A DNA stretch of 64,000 bases. Origin: Glaucostegus cemiculus (lineage: Eukaryota). The position numbers and the translations under genes were made by a program. The stretch is from contig CDPCPM010000012.1 of the NCBI GenBank assembly GCA_976551045.1, forward strand, positions 19,840,001 to 19,904,000. The letters are read 5' to 3'. Positions 26,850-39,669 of the stretch are shown piece by piece. A model generated the notes under the pieces. The model saw nothing but the letters and a program-made list of their open reading frames with translations, had not been told where the DNA came from and did not search any database. Each line of letters opens with the position of its first letter. The first letter of the stretch is position 1.

Positions 26850-29800
26850 TAAGAACTAAGAGCAGGAGTAGGCCATACTGCCTCTGAGTCTGCTCTGATT
26901 TCAATAAGATGATGGCTGGGCTGATGTGATCTTGCTCTCATCTCACTTGCCTGCCTGATTAACACAATCTTCAATTCCCCTGTAGTTCAGAAATCTCAGT
27001 CTAACCCTTCAATACATTCAATGACTGAGCCTCTTCAGCTTTTTTGGATGAAGAAATCTAAAAATTCACAACCCTCTGGGTGAAGAAAATTCTTCTCACA
27101 TCTGTCTTGAATGGTAAACACCTCATTTTGAGGCCATGACCCCAGTCACAGAAAACCCAGCCAGGTAAAGCATCAGCTGCGCATCTGCTCACTCTAGCTC
27201 TGGAATAAATCCGTAAGGCACAATGAGGCTCTCTCTCATTCTTCTAAAGACAGGTTGTTTACTTAGTTTCTCCTCATACAACTAACCCATCAAACTATAA
27301 ATCAATCTGGTGATCCTTCACTAATTCCCTCAACCTTACCCAATATTTCCTGCGAGTTGCACTGGGACCCTACATAACTGAACCAAGACATCTAAACTCT
27401 TATACTTAAATCCTCTGCCTTTTTAACTGCTTACTGACCACGCACATTAACTTTCAGTAGTTCACAAAAGGATGTCCAGGTCCCACTGAGCACCACCTTT
27501 CAATCCTTCACCGTTTAAAAAAAACAAATATTCTGCCTTTCTGTTTAAGGTGAGGGGTGAAAGATTTAAAGGGGACATTAGGGGCAAGTTTTTTTTTGTA
27601 CAGAGCATGGTGGGTATGTGGAACAAGCTGGCAGAGGAAGCAGTAGAGATGGATACAATTACAATGGTTAAAACAATTTGGATGGGTACACGGATAGGAA
27701 AAGTTTAAAGGGATATGGGCCAAATGCAGGCAAACGGGACTGGCTCAGGTGGGCACCTTGATCAGCCTGGACAAATTGGGCCGCTGGGCCTGTTTCCGTG
27801 CTGTGTGATTCTATGATACTCCATTTATCACAGATTCCCAACCCAAAATTTGCCTGGGTATTTGTACTCTGATTTTTATCTATTAACCAGTCCTCAATCC
27901 ATGTCAGTACATTAGCCCCAATATTGTGCATTTTTAATTTTGTTTCATGTGGCAACTTAAAGGCCACCTGAAAGTCCACACATTCACCAGTTCACCCTTG
28001 TTTTCTGGCATGTACCATCTCAGAAAAACAACAGATTACTGAAAATACACAGCACCGGCCATTCAACCCATCAGGTCTATGGGTTGAAAGTACTTCACCT
28101 AATCCCATCTTCCAACACTTGATCCGTGGGCCTGCAGGTCACAGCTCTTAGAGAACACACCAAAGTACTTTAAAAATGAAGCAAGGATTTCTGCCACTAC
28201 CACCTTTTTAGACAGTGTTCCAGATCTATACTGCTTCCTCATTTCTCCTCTTATCCTTCTACCAATTGATTTACAATTTATTCCCTTGGTTTTGACTCCT
28301 CTGCAAAAGAAAAAAGGTTCCTTCTCATTTACTCTATCCAATACTCTATCCACCTAAGTCTCTTCTCAGCCTGATTTGTTCTAACAAAAATAACCCCAGT
28401 CCACCCAACATGCCATTGTTGCCTAAAATGTTCCAGTCCAGTCAATAACCTTGTAAATCCCAATGAAATCACATTTTTCCTGCAACATGGTAACTATAAA
28501 AAGTACTTGGACAGGAACATGGATAGGAAAAGTTTAGAGGGATATAGGCCAAACGTAGACAAATGGGACTTGACTTAGCTGGGAATCTTGATCAGCATTG
28601 ACCAGCTGGGCTGAAGGGTCTGTTTCCGTGCTGTATGACTCTATGACTTGATAATCAGAACTGTACACAATACTCAAACTGGTGTAACAACATTTTATAC
28701 AAGTCTAATAGAATCTTCCTGCACATATTCCTTGCTTCTATTAATAAGAGTAAACATCCACTTGCTTTTGGAACTAGCTTGTCTGCATGCACTGCTACCT
28801 TAATTTGCGGACACACTCTTAAGGTCTTACTGTTTCTCCATACTTCTGTGTCCTCCCACAAATACTTTACCTCGCCCTTCTCTGGATTAAATTCTGCTTG
28901 CTACCTTTTTTTGTCCAGATAATCAATATTGTCCTGAATTCAAAAGCTTCGTACTTGGCTGTCATCAGATACCCAGTTTTTTTTATATCAAACCCTCAAC
29001 AATGAAATCTAAATATATACAACAAAGAGCAAAAGACCAAGTACAGAGCCTTCTAGACCTCACTGGTAACAGCTTTCCCATCAAAACAAAACGCACATCA
29101 AATGGTTACACACTGTTCCCTGCCACAGAGGCAATTTTCAGAATCAGGTTTATTATCACTGACTGTGCTGCTGTGAAATTTGTTGTTTTGCAGCAGCAGT
29201 ACAAAGACATAAAATTACTATAGCTTACAAAAGTAAATAAATAGTGCAAAAAAAAGGAATAATGAGGTAGTGTTCATGAACCATTCTGAGAAATCTGATG
29301 GCAGAGGGGAAACGTTGAGTGTGGGTCTTCAGACTCCTGTACCTGCTCCCTGATGATGGCAAGGACCCTTAGTGATGGATGCTGCCTTCCTGAGGCACCA
29401 CCTCTTGAAGAAGTACTTGATAGTGGGGAGGGCTGTGCCAGTGATAGAGCTGGCCGAGTCTACAATCCTCTGCAGCCTCTTGCAATCCTGTGCATTGGAG
29501 CATCCATACCAGTCTGTGATGCAACCAGTCAGAATGTTCTCCACTGTACAGCTATAGAAATTTGTAAGAATCTTCGGCGACATACAGAATCTCCTCTTTT
29601 GGATCCATTTTGCCACTCTGCTTTGCATCTTTCCACTTTTTGACCAGCCTACCACACAGGACCTCGCCAGAAGCCTTGCTGAGATCCAAGCCCACTATAT
29701 TAAGCACACTGCACCACCAAATATCCCCGTCACCTCTGCAAAAAATTAATTTGTTAGTCAGGGATGACCCTCCCTTAATCAATCCAGGCTGACTGTCCTC
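26850..29800. mobile_element. Cluster of nested CR1 and L2-type LINE fragments in AMT intron 1
   Basis: Minus-strand CR1 pieces with plus-strand CR1 3' ends inserted (~27545-27817, ~28495-28650); L2/Rex ORF 29329-29655 (NFYSCTVENILTGCIT.WYG). Confidence 0.7.
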
Positions 29801-31061
29801 AATTCATTTGCATCTTTTCAAATGAAAATGTATATCAATACTCAGAATGAATTTCAATATCTAACTCATCACTGCAGTTAAAGTAACTGGCCTGTAATTA
29901 CTCGTTTTATCCCTCCCTTTTTTTTTTGAAACAACAGTACATTATCAGTCCAACTCTACTCCTGTAACCAGGACTGAAAAATGATGGTTGGAGTAAGAAT
30001 TACTTTTCCAGGCCAGAGATGTTATGCAAGGATCCCTATACTGTCTAACAGCTTAAGAGCCTGAAGTTTCATGTTTTTCCCAGTTTATTCATGTGTACCT
30101 CTTTATTCTAAAGCACAGACATGACCAGCCTTTAACTATGATCCCTCAACTTCCATTTTATCTGATTTTGTGGCCCAAACTGAGATGGTTTCAATAAATT
30201 GGACAAAAACAGAGGGTTAACTGTTGTAAATAATTAAAGATCAGTAGCTGGTGGTGAGAGAAACTTGCTGTGTGGTAGATAAATCCCTGACTCTAATGCA
30301 GAGGAATCCTGCACTTGCAAAAACAAAATAGTCTTCTTTTGAAAATATATTTAGGTGGATCTTGCATGCATAATATGCATTTTTTATTAAGAGGTTTTCC
30401 CAACCACCATCATTTGATGACTCGTGACAACTGCTGCCTTTGCCATGCCAAACATACACAGATCTCGTGGTGAGCTGACACTAAATGGGATCAACTGACT
30501 CCAAAAATAGTAACAGCGGTAACAACACATCTCTTCTGCAAATTTTTGCTAATAAATCCATTGCTGAAGGACACCATTGTTGCAGTTCCTCCAACCTGTG
30601 CATCTTAATTACTTGATGACAAGGCAAGGAATATACACATTTCGGATAACACAATCACAACTTTTCGGGGGCTGAGATGGAGCCATAATCATCTTTACCA
30701 GCCCGGTAGGAGATAGACATGATCTAGTTTATTGCCCATTGACAATGATCTAGCCATACCCATGACCAATCCAATCACATCTGCATCCCACAACATTTGA
30801 GGTGGTGGAAATAAGTGGGGTTAGTTTCAAATACCCCAAGATATCCAAGAATGATTTGCTTCAAAATGTATCTATTCAAACTATTGCTGTTTCTAGTAAC
30901 AGTAGGACCTTAGCTTATGGTGCAAATTCACTTTGTTGTTTATTTTTAGTTAATTGTCAGGATGTCACCTGGTATCACTCCTGATGAGTTCTTGTGTTTC
31001 AAAGGCCAACAGCCGTGGTGTTCGACAGGATATAAATAAGAGATTCATGCAACAAGGATAA

Positions 31062-31140
31062 TACAGGCTATCTCTGAATAATGAACAGGTTCCGTTTTTA
31101 CAGACGTCCTTAAGTCAATTTTGTCCATAAGTGAGAAAAT
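31062..31140 (+). mobile_element. Possible Tigger/pogo-type DNA transposon end
   Basis: TACAGG..GAACAGGTTCCGTT..ACGTCCTTAAGTC..TTGTCCATAAGT resembles Tigger-family termini; no partner end found. Confidence 0.35.
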
Positions 31141-34100
31141 ACACAAAAGCTACTTGATACTGTAACCATACCTCCACAATATTGTAATGAATGTAATTAA
31201 GTGCACACAAGACTAATAAGACTGCACAATTAATAGGGAGAGGGGCAGAGGGGAAGTTTAATCTTCATACAGGGTGAGAAGGCCGCATTTACAATGAGTG
31301 TGTAAAAAGCATTCAAGAAAGATTTCTTGATTGAGAAAAAGATGGAACATGCTACTTTGGAAAGAGAAGTGTGTTTGACAAATAGTCAAGAGTCTTTGGT
31401 TTGCAGCTGGCAAGATGTACAAGGGCAAACCTGTGGATGAAATGTATTAAGATTTTCCAAAATTACTTGATTATTACAAAAAAATAAGACCTCATTAGAC
31501 TGAGATAATATATTAGAATGGTTTGAGGTTTGGTTAACAGAAAGTAGAAATAAACAAGTTATTTTTGGGTTGGTCTCAGCCATTTTCAATCCATCCAGAT
31601 GAAGGTATTGAATGCGAAGCATCCAAATTTATTCATGGTACAAAAATATGCCTTGGGGGTGGGGTTGAAGAATCTGCACAGGTACATTGTCAGGTTACAT
31701 GAGTGAAGAACACAGAGATGGAACTTAACTTGGAAATTTATATGGATATCTATTTCCAAAAGGAAAAAAAAAGTTATTTCTTTTAAAACACAATGTATGA
31801 TACTGTGTATGCTGGTGTTCCGACAGATCTGTGCATTTTGGTGCACAATCTGCAGAAAGCCAACATTCAGGTACTGCAAGCAACTAAGAAAACAAATGGT
31901 ATATCAGCATTTAGTACAAAAGGATTGTAATTTATCTGTTTTATTCATGTTATGTAAGGTCCTGGCAAGGCCACATCTCAAGAGATTTCCTGCCTGCCTA
32001 AAGAAGAATACATTTGCCTCAGAAGTCATTAGATGGTCCTGAGATAAGGGGACTTCCTAAAAGGAGAGATTAAGCACACTGAATATGATTTTGCTCAACG
32101 TTTAAGAATGATAGGTGATCTCACGAGAAAAAAGAATCTTCGGCAGCTTGACAGTACCGTAGATGATCCCACTGGATGGAGAGTCTAGAACCAGGACCAC
32201 AATTCCAGATAAGGAATTGGCCAGAAAAGACTGAGATGTGGAGAAATGGTTTCACTTAAAAGACTATGAATCTTTAAAATTCTGTAATGCAGAGGGCTGT
32301 GGATGCTTCAGTTGTTTAGTACGGGAAACAAAATTTAAAAGTACTAAAGAGATGCATGGACAGTGATGGAAAGTGATGTTGAGATAGAAAAACCATGACT
32401 CAATTAAGTAGCAGAGCTGGCTTGAAGAAGGAAATTTCCTGCTTTGGCTCATTTACGTTATTATGACATGCATATCACTCAGAACAAGCAAAGGATGCAG
32501 ATTTCCTTCATTGTAAAATATTACTGAATTAGCTGGGTTTTCAAGTCAACCCGATAGCTTCATGGAAAATTTTTAGAGACATTAATTATTTTCAGGTATG
32601 AAATAAACATGATTCAAATTCTCAAATTTCAACAATAGCATATGAATCTGTTCACTTTGTTCCTAGTGCAGCAATCAAACCACTATAACACAGTTAGGCT
32701 CTGTCCTAAAATAAATCAGCCAATGTTTAGTGAACTGTAAGCCCAATAAGAGCATAGGTTCAAGGACCTGCACAATGATCAGGGCTACTATTTACAGCAA
32801 AAGGAGTTTGTTAGGTCCAAGGTTTACCCACACGAAATCTGTAGCTTTGCAATATTTCCAAAAAGAGCGAAATAGTAAAATTCCACACAGAGTACCTACA
32901 CCTAGTGCTTGGCAAGTATGAAATGTTTTTAGAGCATTCCAGATGGTTCAATTTTGACAAAGTTCCAGTGCCAACCACTAACCACACACATTTTGAAAAA
33001 GTCCCTTAGATGTGTTTCTTTGTATTTCTTGGTAATCAAGAAGAATTAAGGGTGAACAGTTCAGCAAGACGATGAGGGATCAGAATAAAAGTGGATCTGC
33101 AGAACCTGACATCTTGGACAACACCAGTCATAATCACTGAAAATTGCTGATGGACAAAATGACTAAAAACCCACTGATCTGAATTTGGAAATGACAGGAT
33201 GTGTAATGATACAATACAATAACTTTGCACGGATGTTTCAATGTGATGGAAGAAGAGGTGTAACCACAAGATATGGAAGTCCACAGCAGAGCAAAGTTCC
33301 ATCGTGATGTGGAGTCGTAGAGTTGTACAGCACAGAAACAGTCCCTATCAACTTAGAGCAAGGTAATTTTACACAGGTACTGGAAGATGTATTATTCAGA
33401 TAGCAAATTATCCAGCATAACAATATCTAATCTCTACCATTTTACAACATGAATGATGCAAACATTGCAGTTAGCAAGGCTGCACAATATCAATGCTTCT
33501 GGTAAAATAAACAAGAACAAAGCTCAAGTACCATGGACGTCTCTGATTATGTCTTCTTTTTGCACTCTTGATTTTGCATAGTTTTCTGCCATTCTTCACT
33601 GTCTTGTATAATTTATATTCTGTGTGTTGTCTGTACCTACGTGCTTGTGAGGCTGCTGCAAGTTTTTCATTGTACCTGTACCTCACTGCACATGACAATA
33701 AATTTAGTTTGAGATTACTGTAGTTTATCTCGTCACTACTCCTTGTTCTAAATTATCAAACATGCTGAGAGTGCAGTTCTCTCTCTCATTTAAACACTCA
33801 ATCTTCCACATAGGTTAAAAATTATTTTCACAAGTGGCTCTTCATCAAACATGAATGTAAATTCAACAACTGGGGACATGACAAAATGAAAAAATTTCAT
33901 CATTCACAAACACCATTTCCCACCACCAACTCCAAGCCTCAACCTTGCACCATCATCAGCGAGGTAATGCATGGGCCCTCACCTCAGAAAACTTGTTTCA
34001 AAATCAGGTTACAACTTCTCAATACAATAATAACCGTTAACAAAACAGTATTATACTCCTAATCTGGGAATGTACATTAAAAAATTCTCGCATTACTCCC

Positions 34101-34307
34101 CATTCCAGCCAGTGAATGCAATTCTAGCTTCGTGAACTGGAAACATTCCCCGTCAAGCAACGAATACTAACCCTAATAGGGGGACGCCCGACCCCAGAAG
34201 GAGTGTAGTACTCCCTCCTAATCTGATAATACTCGTGTCAATTAATGCAATAATATTTCCCCATGCAACCCTGCCAATTACTCCCAGCCCCCGTACCCAC
34301 TTATTAC

Positions 34308-34403
34308 CGTTCCGCCATGGCTGTAGCTGCGTTGCAAACGGACTGCGAACGCCAGTTGAGCTCTGACTCCCAACATATCCCTGACTCCGAGACCAAGTAC
34401 CAT
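34308..34403 (-). CDS. AMT: AMT exon 1 (mitochondrial transit peptide)
   Basis: ATG at 34403: MVLGLGVRDMLGVRAQLAFAVRLQRSYSHGGT|gtaata; 96 nt, phase 0, Arg-rich, in a CpG island; the nine exons sum to 1218 nt = 405 aa + stop. Confidence 0.85.
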
Positions 34404-34439
34404 TTAACACAACGCTTGGTCGCTCGCTCTCTCCCCTCC

Positions 34440-34560
34440 CGGGACTCCTGCGAACTGAGCATGCGTTCACTCAGCTGACGAGGCATTTGGGAATTGTAGT
34501 CACACCCTTCGGGATTCTGCTCACCAATCCAATAATGTAACTACAACTCCCATTACGCAT
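34440..34560. promoter_or_regulatory. AMT promoter: two opposed ZNF143/SBS motifs, CCAAT, NRF1-like site
   Basis: ACTACAATTCCCA on the minus strand (34500-34488), ACTACAACTCCCA on plus (34540-34552), CCAATCCAAT (34524-34533), GAGCATGCGT (34457-34466). Confidence 0.75.
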
Positions 34561-34659
34561 TTCGAACAAGCTAATCTCAGCACGAATCTTGCATTGGCTT
34601 GCATTTATTGGACTTTTAGTCAACTGGAAAGTAGTTTCAATGAACAGGTCATTCAACCT

Positions 34660-35060
34660 CATCTACAGACAGACGCAAGAAATTTGAAATAAAAAATGCT
34701 GGAAGTTCTCAGCAGGCGAGGCAGCATCTGTAGACAGAGAAAAATAATCCCGATGCAAGGTTTTCTCCCGAAACATTGACCAGCCCTTTGCCTCCACGTA
34801 TACTGCTTGACCAGCTGAGCTCTTTTGCAGTTTATTTTGTTTTGCTCCAAATTCCAGCATCTACAGTCTCTTTTGTCTATTCTGATTCTAATTCTATACA
34901 GCAATCCTGAGCCAAGATCCTTTCTAACGTCCGTCCTGAAGAAGGGTCTTGACACGAAACATTGACCTGTTTTTCTCCACGGATGCTGCCTGGCCTGCTG
35001 AGTTCTTCCAGCATCTTGTTTTTTCATCTAGATTCCAGCATCTGCAGTCCTTTATGTCTC
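34660..35060. mobile_element. Non-autonomous Penelope-derived repeats in inverted and tandem arrangement
   Basis: AATGCTGGAA..CAGCAGGCGAGGCAGCATCTG followed by reverse-orientation copies ending CCAGCATCTGCAGTC; contains a hammerhead-like core. Confidence 0.65.
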
Positions 35061-38000
35061 CTTTCTAACAATTGTAATGTTATTCCTTATTACCAGCACC
35101 AACCTTGTCCCCTATCCTTTCTAAATATTGAATACCCTTGAAATATTGTTTCCAGCTTTGGTCACCAAGCAGCACAATCCTGTAATAGCAAAAAAAAAAC
35201 ATTTTTAAAAGGTATTTCATTTTTAGGATCTGAGAATAATGGGAGGTGTTTATTGCCCATTTGTCATTGTCCTCAAGGAGCTGAAATTGAGCTGTCTTCC
35301 TGAAGAACTTGATGAAGCTATTTCCACAATGCATTGGGTCAGGTGTTCCAGGATATACACTAAACAATAATGGGTGGACAATATATATCCAAATCGGTAT
35401 GGTGTGTGATTTGGTAGTGTTCTCATGCATCTGCTGAACTTCTGGGTGGGAGGTCGCAGGGCTGGGAACTGGTACTTGAGTCATGAATTCATCCACTTTG
35501 TTGCAGATGCAGCACGTTTTTAAAATGGCCTTTTAACTTTTGTCTCTGGCTGTTTGCCATTATTTCTGGTTCCTAGTTATTTTCCTCACTGCATTTCTAA
35601 TCCACTCCCAGCTTTGTTTTTTTCTCTCTCTCTCTCCTGCCTTCTCAGGCTCCCATTCCCTGCAAAGCTAGTTTAAACCCTCCCCTAAAGTACTTGCATA
35701 CTCTCATGACACAGGTCCTGGTCTCATCTACCCTGAAGTATCAGAAAAAAAAACCCTCCCTCCCGCCATCAGATTAGTCACAGGTTTATTTGCTCTAACC
35801 ATCTATTTCTGTATTTAGTAAGTGGCATTAGAAGTATTCCAGGGATTTCTATGTTTGCTAGTCAATCCTTTCCCAGCTCTTTGAAAATCTGTTTGCAGGA
35901 CCTCATGTCTCCCATATCATTAATATACAAGTAGAGCACAACTTCTAGTTCTTCAACCTCCCAATTCAGATATTCAGTGACATGCTCTACACATGTACAG
36001 TGGAGACAATAAACCATCCTGGGATTGTATATATGATCACAGAATTGTATCCCCAAAGCACTATTGTTCTCCCACTCTTAGTCCTTGTGTAGCTGAACCA
36101 TACAGGATGTCATTCTGTCTTTGCTCCTCCGAGGAACCATTGCTTCCACCAACATTCAAAAGAGAAGATCTGTTAGTTCCTGAAATGGACTCAAGGGACT
36201 CCCGGACTGCTCCCCCACTTCTCCTATCCTCCCTCAGTCACCTATTCTCTGCACGTTAAGGTGTGGCACAACGATCTCCCTAAAAATACAAAGCAAAACC
36301 TCCTTAGTCTCACACAATAACTCTAGCCACTACTCTAACTCCAAAACCCACTCCAAAGCCCAGAGTTCAAGCTGCTGCGGCTGGAGACACTTTCTACATT
36401 TGCTATAAAGGAAAATGCACTTTCTTCTTGACTGAGCTATCCTGCCACACCTCAGTTTCAGGTAACTTGGTAAACATTTTTTCAGAAAACACTCACCCAT
36501 CAGCTATCTGCATTCAGCTGATGCCACTTTTGAATACTGGCTTCACATATGCAAGCCAATGCTGCTGCTGAGTACCCTTATCCCAATGAAGTTAACTTAC
36601 TCATCAAAGTCCATTCTGAGGACTGTGCTTTCAGAGGAACACTAAGCTCAACTCCACCCACCTTCAGCTTTGTACATCTGTGCTGCTAGGTGAGTCAGCT
36701 GGTTGAATTGGGAAGCCAGGTCTGCCCCATTACCTAGATTTAACTATTAAATTAAAAATAAACTTTCCCCTTACTTGTCAATGTCCACATTGAGGATCAT
36801 GTGCTCAGAGAAAAGCATTATCAAGATGTCATCAAGAGCACCATATAAACACAGTTTCTCTCCATTGATAAACAGCAACATGGTGGGTGGGGAAGGAAGC
36901 AGCCTGACTGAGGAGTAGTTTGTGACCCAAGATTATGGCTTTGGTTTTCTCACCATTCAGAGGAATTTTCTACCCAACCAGTTAGTTACAGGAGTTCATT
37001 ACCCCAGACCCAAATTAATTCATTTACTTATTCTGTTACCACCTGTCACTGCTCCACAATCATTTGTCATTTATTCTTTCTTGCCTTCCAACCCACCTTT
37101 GACCTTTCCTTACCCATACCCTGTTTCCCGCACAAAATCTCTGCTCCTTTCCCCCCACCAAAATACATTTTTCGAGGAAAAATACATGAACAAAATTGAC
37201 TTACAGACATCTGTAAAAACGGAACCCATTCATTAACCAGGGACAGCCTGAATATCACTTGTGTCTATGCTCTTTTACTTTTACAAAGAATGTAACGAAG
37301 TTAGTCAAACATGACTAAATTTTGAAATCCATATTGAATACTATAAAAACAGATATAAACTGAAAATATAGCCTTATATAAACAATTTATCAACGTTTCT
37401 ATTATCTATGTTCAGCTAAATGTTTCATAATTCTCTGGTATTGTTTCATATCCCTTAAGCTTTTGGAATCACATTAGCTATCCAGAGTCCCTGGAATTAT
37501 TTTCATATCTAGAGAATGAACTGCCAATGAAATCTCTTCAGTTTTAAACCTCCACAGTTTTGAGTTTGATTAGTTTAGCAATTTTCTATCCTTTAATATC
37601 TGAATGTATCCCTTAATGTCCTTCATGTTAGGTTCAAAATTCTTGAGTTTATTTCCCTCTTCCATTCACATTTTCTTAAAATCAATGTGGTGACAACTTG
37701 TGTGCTTAAATTTTGTCTCAAACCTCAACATGTTGCAATGGCAATTGGTATTTCCCCTATGCCTACCGCTCTTATACACTTCGATTAATTTTCTGTTACA
37801 AGAGCTAGCAGTGCATACTCTCGTTGAGCTCAATATAGGTCATAAACTTAGCCCAGCTCCCTATCAAAGTAAACAACAACATGGAATAAACTAACTAACA
37901 ACTCAAAATGTCTTGAGGGATTAAATCATTAGACTGACTTTATTAGTGTTCTATATTGCAAAAATGGAACAAATATTGCTTCATTGAAACTGAGCTAAAC

Positions 38001-38645
38001 ATTTAGTTTATATTTTGGATTCCGGACAATTTTGTTGCAGCAACTTTCCAGTCACATACAAAGATGAAATGCAGTGAGTTTACTCAGCACTGCTTTACGT
38101 TTTTCCTTTCAATTCACTCTTTTGGTCATTCTTCTCCAGATTTTTTTGTAGTTATTTTGCTTCCTATTTTTAAAAATTCATTTGATGGGAGATTAAAACT
38201 AATGTCCATCTGTATGCTATCCACCTTTTAGCTGATGAGTCCTCAAATATTCTTGTAATAAATGGGTTTGAAGAGTTTATTTTCATAATTAAATTTGTAG
38301 TTGAGAAACACATGTCTGGCTCTAGCAATCAGATCCAATCAAAATGGAAAAAATTACAAATCTTAATAATGCTTCTATCTATTACAGCATACATTTACAA
38401 TAATACATTTATTAACTTTGTACATACAAAACAATAGTGCAGTTAATACAGCAGTAGTGTGAAATGAAATCAGTTCCAGTCAGACAAAAAGCAGAAAACC
38501 AATTCATGTTTCAGTCATATTTTCAGTTGAGGCATCAATAACTCAGCATTCATAACTCGGCATTCAGACCTGCATGCAATCACAAAACAAGGTGCTTTGA
38601 ATGCTCTGATCCTCCCAGAGGGAACAGCATAGCTTGAAGAACCAC

Positions 38646-38687
38646 TCAGATGTAGGACAGCATGTTGACATCATAGGAACCATCCAC
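38646..38687 (-). CDS. NICN1: NICN1 last coding exon
   Basis: tag|GTGGATGGTTCCTATGATGTCAACATGCTGTCCTACATCTGA = VDGSYDVNMLSYI*, matching the nicolin-1 C-terminus (human VDGCYDLNLLSYT). Confidence 0.93.
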   Translation of the reverse strand: MDGSYDVNMLSYI

Positions 38688-39396
38688 CTATGGACAGAAC
38701 ATAAAAAAAGGTGATATTGCCTATTTCATATTCCAAGTGGATTTCAATTCACTGTTTTTTCTCTTTTAGTAATCTCTCTGTTCTCCTGAGCTCGTTTTCT
38801 ATAGGTGTTACATCAATATCCATTATTTTATTTGTGGACATGTTTTGTTAAATACTAGACAGTGATTGCACATGTTTGTGTTCTGCACAGGATATCCCAA
38901 ATTTATTTTCATGTGACATCCAAGGCACTGCAGAAACAGCCACATCACAATTCTGGAAGCCTTTCTGACTCAATCTTTTTTACTTACATCAATGAGTATC
39001 ATTTTACCCACCAATGGAAGGATTGACAACTTCAGTGGACAGTCTACTTTCTACAAGGACATTCAGTTATGGACAAAGGGTACTAATCAGGAGCGGGAAC
39101 AGGCTGACTTTACTCTTTCATACCTCAGGAATACTGATCAACTATAAGTCATAATTTGTTAATTGATACTGGCTAACTGGGGGATTGGGCTTGTGATCTG
39201 ATCTACAAGGATTCCTTCTCCACCTTTCTTGTCAGGCCAGTGAGACCAACAGAGATTTAATTGTAAAAGGTATATGAATATTCAGACCACCTTCTCGTAG
39301 TAAGTGAACTTATTCACATCTGTCTGCTATGTTTTAGGCTTAGTTTCCATTCTACTTTTTGATAGTTTGCAGTAAAAGAATAATAATGATACTTGC

Positions 39397-39501
39397 ATCA
39401 AAGCGTCCCACACGGGCAGTCGTTGGATTGTTCTGGACCATTTCGGTTAACACCCACATCTGCTGTACACTAGAAGCTACCATGTCTGGATCTGGTAATC
39501 C
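39397..39501 (-). CDS. NICN1: NICN1 coding exon 5 (GC donor)
   Basis: cag|GGATTA..TTTGAT|gcaagt; GLPDPDMVASSVQQMWVLTEMVQNNPTTARVGRFD; 105 nt. Confidence 0.93.
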
Positions 39502-39669
39502 CTGTAAAAATACATCTATAGTTGAAGATAAAGTACAAGCACCTTTGACTATTGTTCATCCTTCTGCATTAGATTGTAATTTTGTGACAATTACGTTCTT
39601 GGTTCACACTGGCACGCTCTCACCTCCTTAAGCTATCACAAGTTCCTTGTAAACTCCAAATATGGACAT

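Noticed and set aside
34153-34486. ORF-track proteins across the AMT promoter
   Set aside because: Wrong frames; the AMT exon 1 frame (34403-34308) is too short for the track but is the one that splices in phase to exon 2.
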